NCBI GenBank assembly: GCA_976551045.1
Contig: CDPCPM010000311.1
Location: forward strand, 2,790,001-2,854,000
DNA from: Glaucostegus cemiculus
Taxonomy: Eukaryota
Direction of reading: 5' to 3'
DNA length: 64,000 bases
Below, one piece after another: positions 1 through 10,996 of this stretch. The first letter of the stretch is position 1. Every line of letters starts with the position of its first letter. The position numbers were made by a program, and so were the translations under genes. The notes under the pieces were generated by a model. That model had not been told where the DNA came from. It made no database searches and saw only the letters and a program-made list of their open reading frames with translations.

Positions 1-82
1 TCTGAAGTAACTAGGCGAGCGAGTCCTGAACATGTCTCTGAATGTCATTTACTGTCTTGCTAAGTTATTTATCTTCCTTCAG

Positions 83-277
83 AGAACGTTCTGATTGTAA
101 GTAAAGGTACTGGGTTTGAAGAATCTGGGGATGACAGGATCAGTCCGGACTGGATACTTTCCAGAGTGCAAAGTCTCCTTTCTGAGGACCTGGTGAGACA
201 GATTCAAGCCTGCTACCTTTTCATTGTTAACCAAAAGAACGGAACTCGCAACCTGTATTATCTGGACCTCAGTAGAG
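83..277 (+). CDS. STOML1: STOML1 penultimate coding exon (start of SCP2 sterol-carrier domain); gene continues off the left edge
   Basis: Pyrimidine tract + ag at 81-82, donor gtgagt at 278. Translates ..NVLIVSKGTGFEESGDDRISPDWILSRVQSLLSEDLVRQIQACYLFIVNQKNGTRNLYYLDLSR, matching recalled human STOML1 LSEALVSQVGACYQFNV..AYFLDLTTG. Confidence 0.9.
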
Positions 278-459
278 GTGAGTCAAATGCCTTGATATTT
301 ACATTGCTTAATGCCAATTCTTTATAAGGATAAAAATGGCAAAGTTGCACCATAGATACGAAAGATTGTTTTGGTACATACTTAAGAAGAATGTAATTAG
401 TTAGAATAGCAGTAGTACCTTTTGTTAAATTAAAGTAGTATCATTTGTTAAAGAGATGG

Positions 460-896
460 CCATAAGATATAGGAACAGAATTAGGCCATTCGGCCCTTCA
501 AGTCTGCTCTGCCATTCAATCTTGGCTGATTTATTTTTCCCTCTCAACCCCATTCTCCTGTCTTCTCCCTGTAACCTTTGACTCCCTTACCAATCAAGAA
601 CCTATCAACCTCCACTTTAAATATAACCAATGACTTGGCCACCACGGCCGTCTGTGGCAGTGAGTTCCACAGATTCACCACCCACTGGCTAAAGAAATTC
701 CTCCTCATCTCTGTTCTAAAGGGATGTACTTCTATTGAGGCTGTGCCCTCTGGTCCTAGACTCTCCCACTACTGGAAACATCCTCTCCATGTCCACTCTA
801 TCCAGCCCTTTCAACATTCGGTAGGTTTCAATGAGATCCCCCCTCATCCTTCTAAACTCCAGCAAGTACAGGCCCAGAGCCATCAAGCCCTCCTGG
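460..896 (-). mobile_element. CR1/HER1-like LINE 3' fragment
   Basis: Reverse strand has RT C-terminal remnants (GESRTRGHS, RRNFFSQWVVNLWNSLP) and a CR1-type tail (..gggccgaatggcctaattctgttcctatatcttatgg). Confidence 0.8.
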
Positions 897-1049
897 ATTA
901 TTTATTTATTTACAACGTGGTAACAGGCCCTTTCGGCCCGCCGAGTCCACGCCGCCCATTTTAAACCCCCAAATTAACCTACCCGTACGTCTTTCAGCAT
1001 GTGGGAGGAAACCGGAGCACCCGGAGGAAACCCACGCAGACACGGGAGA
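897..1049 (-). mobile_element. V-SINE (HE1-like) subfamily A, 5' part missing
   Basis: V-domain (tctcccgtgtctgcgtgggtttcctccgggtgctccggtttcctcccaca) and tail nearly identical to the copy at 1601-1853, in reverse orientation. Confidence 0.85.
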
Positions 1050-1282
1050 ACATAGAACCATAGAACAATACAGCACAAAACAGGCCCTTTGGCCCACCAA
1101 GTTGTGCCGTCCTTCAAACGTCTCACAATCTAACTCTTTCCTCCCACATATCCTACTATTCCACATTCTTCCATGTGCCAATCTAACAATCTCTTGAACC
1201 TGTCCAACGTATCTGCCTCTACTATCACCCCAGGCAGCGCATTCCATGCGCCAACCACTCTCTGGGTGAAAAACTTCCCTAG
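1050..1282 (-). mobile_element. CR1/HER1-like LINE 3' fragment
   Basis: Reverse strand reads GKFFTQRVVGAWNALP, followed by the tail gggccaaagggcctgttttgtgctgtattgttctatggttctatg. Confidence 0.8.
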
Positions 1283-2136
1283 ACGGCATGTGCTTTGGGA
1301 AGAGGTTGGACAAACTTGGGTTGTCTCTCTCTGAAGCGGCGGAAGCCGAGAGAAGACCTGATATAAGTTTACAAGATTATGAGAGGCATAGATAAACAGC
1401 TAGTACCTTTTACCCAGGGTCGAAATGTCTAATACTAGAGAGCATGCATTTAAGGGGAGAGGGGTTAAGTTCAAAGGAGATGTGCGGGGCAAGTTTTTTT
1501 TACACAGAGGGTGTTGGGTGCCTGGAATGCACTGCCAGGGGTGGTGGTGGAGGCAGATACGATAGAGGAAGGTAAGAGGCTCTTGGATAGGCACATGAGT
1601 GGGGCGACACTGTAGCGTAGTGGTTAGCACGACACCGTTACAGCGCCAGCGATCGGGGTTCGATTCCCGTCGCTGACTGTAAGGAGTTTGTACATTCTCC
1701 CGTGTCTGCGTGGGTTTCCTCCGGGTGCTCCGGTTTCCTCCCACATTCTAAAAGACGTACGGGTAGGTTAATTTGGGGGTTTTAAATGGGCGGTGTGGAC
1801 TCGTTGGGCCGAAAGGGCCTGTTACCATGCTGTAATTAAAATTTAAATTTAAAATGAGTGTGCAGAGAGTGGAGGGATATGGATCATGTGTAGGCAGAAG
1901 GGATTAGTTTAGTTAGGCATCATTAGCTCAATTAGTTTGGCACAACGTTGTGGACTTGAAGGGCTTGTTCCTGTGCTGTTCTGTGTTGCATCTGGGGTAA
2001 GTGCAGAGAATGGAGGGATATGGACACTGTGTATGCAGATGGGACTAGTTTAGTTAGGCGTTTCATTGACCCTTTAGTTCAGCACAACATTGTGGGCTGA
2101 AGGGCCTGTTCCTGTGCTGTACAGTTTTATGTTCTA
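1283..2136 (+). mobile_element. CR1/HER1-like LINE 3' fragment, interrupted by a SINE, with a duplicated 3' tail
   Basis: Remnants RLDKLGL..RRKPREDLI.VYKIMRGID and FKGDVRGKFF. The tail occurs twice (about 1861-1985 and 2001-2136). Confidence 0.8.
1601..1853 (+). mobile_element. Full-length V-SINE (HE1-like) subfamily A with target-site duplication
   Basis: tRNA-like head (A box tagcgtagtgg, B box ggttcgattccc), V-domain core and CR1-like tail. Flanked by ATGAGTG at 1595-1601 and 1854-1860. Confidence 0.9.
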
Positions 2137-2176
2137 AAACGTCGTTCACCCCTGACCTCCTCCTGCTCCCTTTCAG

Positions 2177-2373
2177 ATTCCGGCTACGCGGGTTACGGCA
2201 TGCCCGAGAAAGAACCTGACGTGACTTTGGAAGTGACCCAACAAACCATGCAGTCTTTGTTCACGGGGACGACAAAGCCCTTCTCCGCGTACATGAGTGG
2301 GCGAATCCGCATACAAGGAGATTTGAAAGTTGCGATGAAGCTGGAAGATTTAATCAAGAAGCTGCAGCAGTGA
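2177..2373 (+). CDS. STOML1: STOML1 last coding exon (SCP2 domain C-terminus)
   Basis: Acceptor ctccctttcag ends 2176, phase matches the previous exon (G|AT). Translates DSGYAGYGMPEKEPDVTLEVTQQTMQSLFTGTTKPFSAYMSGRIRIQGDLKVAMKLEDLIKKLQQ*, with the SCP2 motif AYMSGRxxxxGDL..AMKLE. TGA at 2371-2373. Confidence 0.92.
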
Positions 2374-2498
2374 CACAGCCTGGGCACAGACTGCTGAGTT
2401 TTACATCATGTATTTTAGTTACATTCTTGTTATTTTTCTCAAAAGTTCTATACTAATCGATTGTTAATAGTTTATGGACTAGTCCACCCCTGAAAAAA

Positions 2499-2504
2499 AA
2501 TAAA
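2499..2504 (+). terminator. Candidate STOML1 polyadenylation signal (AATAAA; alternative at 3201-3206)
   Basis: First AATAAA about 125 nt after the stop codon, in AT-rich 3'UTR-like sequence. Confidence 0.5.
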
Positions 2505-3495
2505 CTAGGTTACCATGCCATGTTACGGTATGTACACTTCAAGAGTACATACTGCAAGTACAGCTGCAAGAGTGCTCTGAGCTTTCCTCCTCTTGCCGCT
2601 TTCCCACACCAAACCTTCCCTCCAACACCCCTTGCGCTGTGCAGGGTGAGTTAACATCTGGAGTGCAAGGATGACAAAGACAGAGAATGCGCGATGGGAC
2701 TGGTGTGAATGAGTTACAGAGTCGGTAGACAGAAGGGCTTGTTCCTGTGTTGTATCTCTCTCTGAGCCTAGTGGTAGGCAATGAGGAGGTAAGAGAGATC
2801 TGGAACTTCGCAACCAATCCTCTAATGCTCTGTGATTCTGTGCCATACCAGCTCTTCAGCCGTGTTGGACACGTTGGACTCAGGAAAATGTTTGTCTTAA
2901 TTATAGCCAATGTGTATCCCACTTACAATGTGTCGTGAATCTGGTAATGAGTATAAGTTGTGAAGTATCCTCCTGAAGTGCAGAGACAGTTCTGGTCTGT
3001 GTGCACACTCTGGCAACTGAGCCACGAGGGTTCCCTGAGGTACTGTTTAACTGCCAGGTAGTAAAGATTAACACAACTTTCTTTTGAACGACAGCTTTAT
3101 TACCACCTCCCTCCTGGTATTGGATTGGAAATGTCTCTGGTGTTCCCCCAGGGCCATTTTGGTTTCCAATATTCATTAGCGAAACAGAACTTTAATCTGG
3201 AATAAAATTGGATTTTTTAAGGCTTTATAGCATTGCTCAGACTGGGGAAAAAGCACAGCTAATCTATAGGAATTTGATTCCAAAAAACTATTGTTGGAAT
3301 TTCTTTGTAGAGTAGCTGTGGATTAGTTGTGGGGAAGGAGAGGTACAGCTCTCAGTTGCCTGCTGTCTGTAGGAGAGACCTGAGCAGTGGTGATGTGGGT
3401 AACAAACTTCTGGTATCTACTTTGGGACAGAATCCCAAATGTCCTTCACTGTGGTGCAAGTTTGCAAATGTGGCAATAGAGAGAAGTGAGACAGA

Positions 3496-3709
3496 GAAAC
3501 CAAGGACTGAAGATACTGGAATCTGGATGAAAAACACGATGATGCTGGAGGACCTCAACAGGTCAGGCAGCATCCGTGGAGAAAAGCAGGTGGTCAACGT
3601 TTCAGGTCAGGAGAAGAAGGGCCCTGACCCAAAACGTTGACCGCCTGCTTTTCTCCACAGATGCTGCCTGGCCTGCTGAGTTCCTCCAGCATCATGGTGT
3701 TTTTCATCC
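3496..3709. mobile_element. Palindromic Penelope-like (PLE) terminal-repeat derivative
   Basis: Inverted arms of about 87 nt (3525-3612 and 3623-3709) built from agatgctgcctggcctgctgagttcctccagca, the motif that also ends the GIY-YIG element at 61390-62420. Confidence 0.75.
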
Positions 3710-5439
3710 GAGAAGTGAGCTGGTGCATTTTATGTACTCTGTACCAGGGAAGGTCATCAAAGTGGGCAGCAGCAGCCAGACCAGGATGAGTTGGATAGCT
3801 GTCAGCAGATGAGTAGGAATCGGGTAGGTGAGGTACAAACATGTCCCTGGAAAGTTGCTTCCTCTATTCCCCCTGACCAGTCATTTTTTTGTGCCACCTC
3901 TCCTGACTCTGTTTCCCATCCACCTTGTGCTTAGTGGCTGCAAACATTTAACTTTGTTGTTGTGCTTGGTGTGTAGACATTCCTCTTGAGTGTGTGGGTC
4001 AACTGCAGACTTAGCGGTGCACTTATGGTGGCGTTTCTAAGTGACCGAGTCTGTCCCCGTCCCGGACACTTAATGCACTTGTTTGGAATCTGGCAGTCTG
4101 TTCAAGAGCTCCTAAGCCACGGATGAATGCCTCCGACTGCGATAAAACCCAGGTTTGTTCAAGGTCCCACGCTCTTGTGGGATCCATCATTCCCACATCT
4201 GGGCGAATGACCTAGCCACAGTATTTTGGGCACAAGCAGCCAACCTTCCCACCCTGACCCCCTTCTCTGTCTTGTCTTCAGAGAATCCAACATCCACTGA
4301 GACGAAGGCCTCAGATGGCACCTACCCACCACTGAACAGGGCTCAAATTATCCATTGGCCAGGAAACTTGGTTACGATGCAGGTGGGGAATAAATTCTTT
4401 CCCAAATCTGAGAGACTCGGGTGAGATGGGAAAGATGTTTCATGCTTTAACAAAAAATTATTTAAATACCAATAAATCTGCATTTGAAACAGATGATGTA
4501 TCGTTTGGCAATTTGTGGGATCCTGCTGTATGTTTGAGTAGCCTTATTACAGTAGTGGCTTCACTTCAGAAGTGGTTCATCCCGAGGCAGCGAACGGCGC
4601 CACAGAAATGAAAACTTTCAAGTCGGACTTTGGGTAGGTGAGTTGCTGAGACTGCCACGTCTGGATGCCTCTGCACTTGGAAAATACCGAAACAGAATTG
4701 CACTGGGTCTGTGGGTGAGCCGGTGTGAAGAGAGGAACTTAGTTCTGGTCATACTTTTAAAATGTAATCAGGACTGAAGAGAAATTCTACTGTTTCTTGA
4801 TTTATACTTTTTACAAGTTGGTGCCTAATACAAAATTTTTGTACCCCTGAATATATTCTTAGGATCTCTGTTGTAACCAATAATTCATGACATGCCTGTG
4901 GACTTTAAGCATTGAGGAGCAGCTTAGGCCACTTTCTTTACTGGCTGCCGTCGGTGTGTACAGTTGTGAGTGTGGGTTGGTGAAGCTTTGTATTTTGATT
5001 TGGTGTCGCCCTTTTCCAAGGAACCGGCCAGGGTCAGGAAGCTCCCCCCAGCCCCCTCTGATGTGCTCTAAGCCTTAACCAGCCTCTGCTCTCTGCATTT
5101 CAACTTCAAAATGTCTCGGGTCCCTATTTCACATTTCCTTAGGACCTAGAAGCTGCCTTCAGCCTACTGAGCCTGTAACAGCTTGCAGAGCGGCCCCACG
5201 CAGTCACGGGATGAACGTGCAAACTCCCCGCAACACCAGAGATCAGGATTGTTGTACTTAGTGTAAGTCGATGCGTGAAGGTCAGTGCAGACTCGGTGGA
5301 CAGAAGGGTTCCTTTCCTTGCTTTTTGACTCTGTGATCCTATCTTCAAATCCACGTTCCTTTATCCTTGAACCATGTGTAAATGAGCACACCTTTCCTCT
5401 CTTCGTTCAGAGAAGATCATAGGTCTCTCTCTACCCTCT

Positions 5440-5925
5440 ATTGCAGATGTACGTAAGGATCAATGTGTTAGAAAGGCCACAAATATAATGTCGGACCCTC
5501 CTCACCCCTCCTACCATCCTACCATCTCTTCACATTCTTGCCGTCTGGAAGAAGGCTCCAGTGCATCCGGGCAAGGACAACTAGATTGTGCAATAGCTTC
5601 TTGCCACAAGCTATCAGAACTGTGAACCCCATCATCCCTCCATCACTCCCGCCAACACTAAAGGATGCTAGGCGTACAGAAACGCACCAGCACTTTAAAT
5701 GTCCGCTGCCAGTACACTCACCTTAAGATTATTTATTTAAGTTGCGCTATTTAATTTTGTGGTTCTAATGTTTTTAGTGTCTCTCTGTTTTTGTGTGTCT
5801 CTCAGTGTTTGTTTCTTTTTTTTTAATGGGACGAGCACCTTGACCTGTGGAGGACGGTATCTCGCTCCTATGCGTACTGTGTGTGTGTATATGGTAGTGA
5901 CAATAAAACTGATTCTGATTCTAAA
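5440..5925 (+). mobile_element. Rex1/Babar-like LINE 3' fragment
   Basis: Encodes LPSGRRLQCIRARTTRLCNSFLPQAIR; ends gtgacaataaaactgattctgattct. Confidence 0.7.
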
Positions 5926-6274
5926 CCGAATATGACTTTGCACAGCTCTAACAAATCTCCACTGTACCCTCTTTGCACCAAGTATAACCCCAGCTCCTCC
6001 AGTAGCTGAAATCCCTCGCCACTGCAATTGTCCTTACAAGATCCCCGACACAAGCCAAGCCTCCTGTGTGATGTCTGGTGGTTGAGTGACAAATTCCTAC
6101 AACTGTTAGAATATTAGAAGTAATTTGTCCTCTGCTTTTCTCCATTCAAAGGTATTTTAAGAATTATTAATTAGCACTAAATTCTTACATTAGTTTGCTG
6201 CTTATTCGATAATAACTGTCAAAAAAATAAAATGAAAACTTCATTTGGTGTTATGGTGAATAAACTGCAGGTGT

Positions 6275-7000
6275 ATCATAGCATTGGCCCAGTGCTCATT
6301 AATGGCGAGGCAGTAGAGAGAGTTACAAGCTTCAAATTCCTGGGGACTCACATCACCAAAGACCTCTCCTGGGGAACTCACTCTACATTAAGCAACAGCG
6401 TCTCTACTTCCTACGGCAGCTGAAGAGTGCAAACTTGTCAACAGGTATCCTGGTCAATTTCTATAGGTGTGCGATAGAGCATCCTGACATACGGCATCAC
6501 TGCCTGGTATGCCCGCTGTACCAACAAAGAGAGGAAAGGCCTACAGCGGGTGATTGACACGGCACGGAAGATCTCAGGGGTGCGCCTACCCGCATTGGCG
6601 GACATTTATGAGTCCCAGTGTCTGAACAAGGCTACAAACATCGTTAAGGACTCTACCCACCCGGCCCATCACCTCTTCAGTCTGCTCCCCTCAAAGAAAT
6701 GCTTCAGGACACTCCACATATCCACGGCCAGATTGAGGAATAGCTTCTTCCCCAACGCTGTGAAAATCTTAAACAAGGACTTTAAATTTCACAGATTGCA
6801 CTAGTTCTTTCTCGCTTCTCTCTCTCCCTCTAATACATCAAGTAAACCCTACAGTGTAAACTCTAACTTAATTTATTCTCTATTTATTTAATATTTAAGT
6901 ACTGTGCCTATTGTCTGACATGGGAGTGCCAATGAAATCTCGTTGTTCTGTTGTCTCAACAGCTCAATGAAAATAAAGCAATCTTGAATCTTGAATCTTG
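6275..7000 (+). mobile_element. Rex1/Babar-like LINE 3' fragment (frameshifted RT C-terminus)
   Basis: Encodes INGEAVERVTSFKFLGTHITKDLSW and HPAHHLFSLLPSKKCFRTLHISTARLRNSFFPNAVKILN; tail aataaagcaatcttgaatcttgaatcttga. Confidence 0.8.
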
Positions 7001-7074
7001 AGCATAAGCATTTCTGAAGGATTTGATTAAACTGCACGCGTGGGTTTAAATTTTCAGTGCTTGCAGGTAACAAA

Positions 7075-7215
7075 CATCAGTTTGAGATGAAGGGTCTTGA
7101 CCAGAAATGCCGAGTGTCCATTCCCCCCCATAGATGCTGCCCGACCTGCTGAGTTCCTCCAGCGCTCTGTGTGTGTTGCTCCAGATTCTGGCATCTGCAG
7201 AACCTCTTGTGCCTT
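7075..7215 (+). mobile_element. PLE terminal-repeat fragment
   Basis: gagatgaagggtcttgaccagaaatg..agatgctgcccgacctgctgagttcctccagc..gctccagattctggcatctgcag. Confidence 0.7.
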
Positions 7216-7243
7216 CGGTTGGAGAATGGCTGACCTCAGCTAC

Positions 7244-7262
7244 CAGCCACCAGATGGTGCTA
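7244..7262 (+). promoter_or_regulatory. Candidate CTCF site
   Basis: cagccaccagatggtgcta closely matches the CTCF core CCACCAG(A/G)(G/T)GGCGC. Confidence 0.45.
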
Positions 7263-7629
7263 AATTACAGGAAACTGAAGAGGCTTTATATTAGGCAAGA
7301 GATTTAAAAGAATTCCTTTATCTTCAGTTATTAAGCAGAGTGTTTTATTCCAGAAATATTTTATCAACTGTCCAGGCAATAGCTAATACCAATTTGTTCT
7401 TGTTATAGTATTAGAGCAGAAGAAACCCAGTGTCAATATTTCACGCTGGAATAATCTTTCATTAGGGAAATATAATCAGCTGTAGAGCATTTAAATCAAT
7501 ATTAACAAGATCCAGCAATTCTGAACGTACTTTAATTAGAAATCTGATTTGCAAGCACTGTGACAGTTCTCAGCATTGGCTGAGAGGCCAGGGCTGGTAA
7601 GTGGCTAGTAACATTCCACACTGCACAAT

Positions 7630-7879
7630 TTATTTTTATTTTTTATTTACAGCGTGGTAACAGGCCCTTTCAGCCCAATGTGTCCACGCTGCCCATTTTA
7701 AGCCCCCAAATTAACCTACCCGTACGTCTTTAGAATGTAGGAGGAAACTGGAGCACCCGGAGGAAACCCATGCAGACACGGGAGAACGTACAAACTCCTT
7801 ACAGACAGCGACAGGAATCGAACCCTGATTGCTGGCGCTGTAGCAGCGTCGCGCTAACCGCTACGCTATCTTGCCACCC
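7630..7879 (-). mobile_element. V-SINE subfamily A
   Basis: Reverse complement of the 1601-1853 element, full length. Confidence 0.88.
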
Positions 7880-7959
7880 AAATTGCCAGGCCAAGGCCAT
7901 TCCCAATAAGAGAGAGCCTACTCACCTTACCCTCACGTTCACCTGGGGTACGACAGCCT

Positions 7960-8180
7960 GATGGTTGTATTACCAGGTTAGCGGCCAGAGTGCAAGCCCC
8001 ACTGATCCAGAGGCATGAGTTAGAATCTCGCCATAGTGGCTAAAGAGTCTAGATTCATGAAATTAAATAAACCCGGAGATTAAAAGGAAATGCTAGTCTC
8101 AATACAGAAACTATGCTTTTGTTACTAAAATCTCATCTGGTTCACCAATGTCCAGGGAATGAAATCCGTCATCCTACCAA
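7960..8180 (+). mobile_element. Old, diverged SINE-like repeat (related copies near 49210-49460, 50650-50990 and 53850-54010)
   Basis: Shared motifs such as ..aatc(c/t)c(a/g)cca..gg..aattca..gaaataaatctgga..ctag..catctggttcaccaatgtcc..ggaa(t/g)gaaatc. Confidence 0.45.
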
Positions 8181-8184
8181 CCTG

Positions 8185-8428
8185 CACCTCTTGACCTCAC
8201 AATCTACCTTGTTATGACCTTGCACCTTATTGTCTACCTGCACTGCACTTTCCTGCAGCTGTGACACTCAACTCCATACTCTGTTATTGTTTTTACCCTG
8301 TACTACCTCAGTGCGCTCTGTACTACCTCAATGCACAATGTAATGAATTGACCTGTACGATCGGTTTGCAAGACAAGTTTCTCACTGTACCTCGGTACAA
8401 GTGACAATAATAAACCAATACCGACACC
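8185..8428 (+). mobile_element. Rex1/Babar-like LINE 3'UTR tail
   Basis: ccttgcaccttattgtctacctgcactgcactttc..cactgtacctcggtacaagtgacaataataaaccaatacc. Same tail as 12060-12300, 9935-10105 (-) and 46490-46690 (-). Confidence 0.65.
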
Positions 8429-8571
8429 AGTATTGTAATGAATGGCATCAAAAACATATGACCGACAAGAAAGAAACAATTATTAGAAGTGGCAAGGGAG
8501 AGGAAGCTAGTTCTGCTGTTTGTAGGAACAACTGTACATATGTACTTTTGAATTCAATAATTATTTTAAAT

Positions 8572-8814
8572 TTTTAAAAATTTTATTTACAGCGTGGTAA
8601 CAGGCCCCTTTGGCCCTCTGAGTCCACGCCGCCCATTTTAAACCCCCAAATTAACCTACCCGTATGTCTTTCAGAATGTGGGAGGAAACCGGAGCACCCG
8701 GAGGAAACCCACGCAGACACGGGAGAACGTACAAACTCCTTACAGACAGCGACGGGAATCGAACCCCGATCGCTGGCACTGTAACAGCGTCACGCTAACC
8801 GCTACGCTACCGTG
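8572..8814 (-). mobile_element. V-SINE subfamily A
   Basis: Near-identical reverse complement of 1601-1853. Confidence 0.88.
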
Positions 8815-9511
8815 TTAGTATTGTTACGTTATCGTATTATGGGAGCTGGTTTATATGTAGGTGCGTCTGTAAGTCAGGTGTTGGTAACTGGGGGACGGAC
8901 TGTCGCTCGTTTTCTGATTTTATTTCAGAGTTAAAGCATCTGCAGGTCTTTTCAAAAAAAATTCTGATTGAGGAAGGTTTGGCCTTTAACACAGAATGCA
9001 ATGAATTATTTTTCCCTCCGACGCTGACCTCCTTCACTGATAATCGTATCAGTGTCAGTGAGCTGAGATCCAGATTGTGGGGGCAGGAGGGACCTGCAGG
9101 GAAACTACAGGCATTCCGTCCCAAGACAACGAGGCTTCCGGAGGATTCTGACCTGTTATCAGAGTTAAGAGGCTGATTCGCACTGACACTGGCACAGAAT
9201 GAGCTGCAGGAAACGGCGCAGTCTTCTTCCCTTCCGTGATTTCGACGGAGCTGGGTGTGTTTGTACACAATTTAATCAATCTCGATTTTCACCTTTAATC
9301 TGTCACAACATCTTTAATTGTGTCACTCCGCGTTACTGGCCTGGCTGATGACGGCTGTGTCCTCGCTGTAACGACGGAGTCACTGTGGATTTGTCACCAG
9401 TTGCCTGGCCGCCTCTGTGCTGTGGCCCAGACTCTGAGCACTTCGGCTGTGAAGTTTGGCCCAGGACTTGGCGGGCACCGATCTGACCTGCCTTACAGTG
9501 TAACTCAGAGG

Positions 9512-10495
9512 AGACGCAAGGGACGGCAGATGCTGGGATCTGGAGCAACAAACAATCTGCTGGAGGAATTCAGTGGGTCGAGCAGCATCTGTGGAGGGAA
9601 ATGGACAGTGATGCTTTAGAACATAGAACATAGATACCTACAGCACAATTCAGGCCCTTCGGCCCACAAAGCTGTGCCGAACATGTCCCCACACTACTAG
9701 GCTTACCCATAACCTTCTATCTTATTTACCTCCATGTACCTATCCAACAGTCTCTTGAAAGACCCTAACATATCCACCTCCACCACCATCTCCGGCAGCC
9801 CATTCCACGCACTCACCACTCTCTGAGTAAAAAACTTACCCCTAACATGTCCCCTATATCCTTCCCCCTTTGAGTCAAGACGTTTCATCTGGACTGAAAG
9901 ATAAGTGGGGAGACAGCCGGTATAAGGAGGTGGAATTGGAATTGGTTTATTATTGCCATGTACAAAACTTGCCTTGCATACCCTCCATACAGATCAACTC
10001 ATTACACAGTGCGTTGAGGTAGTGCAAGGTAAAACAATAACAGAATGCAGAATAAAGTGTCACAGCTCGAGAGAAAGTGCAGTGCAGGTAGACAATGAGG
10101 TGTAAGGTCAGGGGAAGTGGATGGGAAGGGGGGGGAGCAAGAGCTGGCAGGTGATAGGTGGATCCAGGTGAGGAGGGGTGACAGGCAGATGGGGGGGAGG
10201 GGGGAATAGTGAGGCTGAGAGGTGACAGGTGGAGGCAACAGAGGGTTGTAGATGGTGGAATCTGATAGGAGAGGAAGGTGGAGCATGGAATCGAGGGAGG
10301 GAGGTGGGAACAGTGGGGGGAGGGGGCCCAGTGGGAGGGGTGTGTGGTTGATGGGCAGATGGAGTGGATGGAGGAGGGGAAAGAAACAGGGTGATGGGGG
10401 GGCTGGGTGTGGGAGGAAGTGGGTGGATCAGGAGGAGAGAGAACAGGGACAGAGAGAGAGCAGGTTACAGGAAGGTGGAGAATTCAATGTTCATA
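9512..10495 (-). mobile_element. PLE 3' terminal region carrying nested CR1 (9618-9868) and Rex1-like tail (9935-10105) insertions
   Basis: Reverse complement resembles 61925-62420 (atgaacattgaattctcc, C-rich tract, tttcagtccagatgaa, agatgctgc..ttcctccagc). The CR1 piece encodes YRGHVRGKFFTQRVVSAWNGLP. Confidence 0.75.
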
Positions 10496-10502
10496 CACAG
10501 TC

Positions 10503-10996
10503 GCACTGTGGGAGGGGCAGTTCTGAGGGAGCTCTGCACTGTGGGAGGGGTAGTACTGAGGGAGGGTCACACTGTGGGTGGGGAGGTACTGAGGGAGCAC
10601 TGGACTGTGGGAGGGGAGGTACTGAGGGAGGGTCACACTGTGGGGAGGCAGTACTGAGGGAAGGTCACACTGTGGGGAGGCAGTACTGAGGGAAGGTCAC
10701 ACTGTGGGAGGGGTAGTACTGAGGGGGTGTCACACTGTGGGAGGGGTGGTACTGATGGAGCTCCGTACTGTGGGAGGGGTGGTACTGAGGGAGGGTCTCA
10801 CTGTGGGAGGGGTTGTACTGAGGGAGCACTGCACTGTGGGAGGGATGGTACTGAGGGAGGGTCACTGTGGGAGGGGTGGTACTGAGGGAGGGTCTCACTG
10901 TGGGAGGGGCAGTACTAAGCAGGTGTCACACTGTGGGGGGGCAGTACTGAGGGAGCGCTGCACTGTGGGAGGGGCAGTACTGAGAGCGTGCTGCAT
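10503..10996. repeat. G-rich minisatellite, unit about 33-35 bp (cactgtgggaggggtagtactgagggagggtca), about 14 copies
   Basis: Direct tandem repeat visible in the sequence; explains the repetitive ORFs at 10252-11027. Confidence 0.95.

Noticed and set aside
1601-1680. tRNA gene-like A/B boxes
   Set aside because: This is a SINE head continuing into the V-domain; no proper cloverleaf or oligo-T terminator.
10503-10996. CRISPR-like regularly spaced repeats
   Set aside because: No unique spacers, no cas genes and a vertebrate context; it is a minisatellite.
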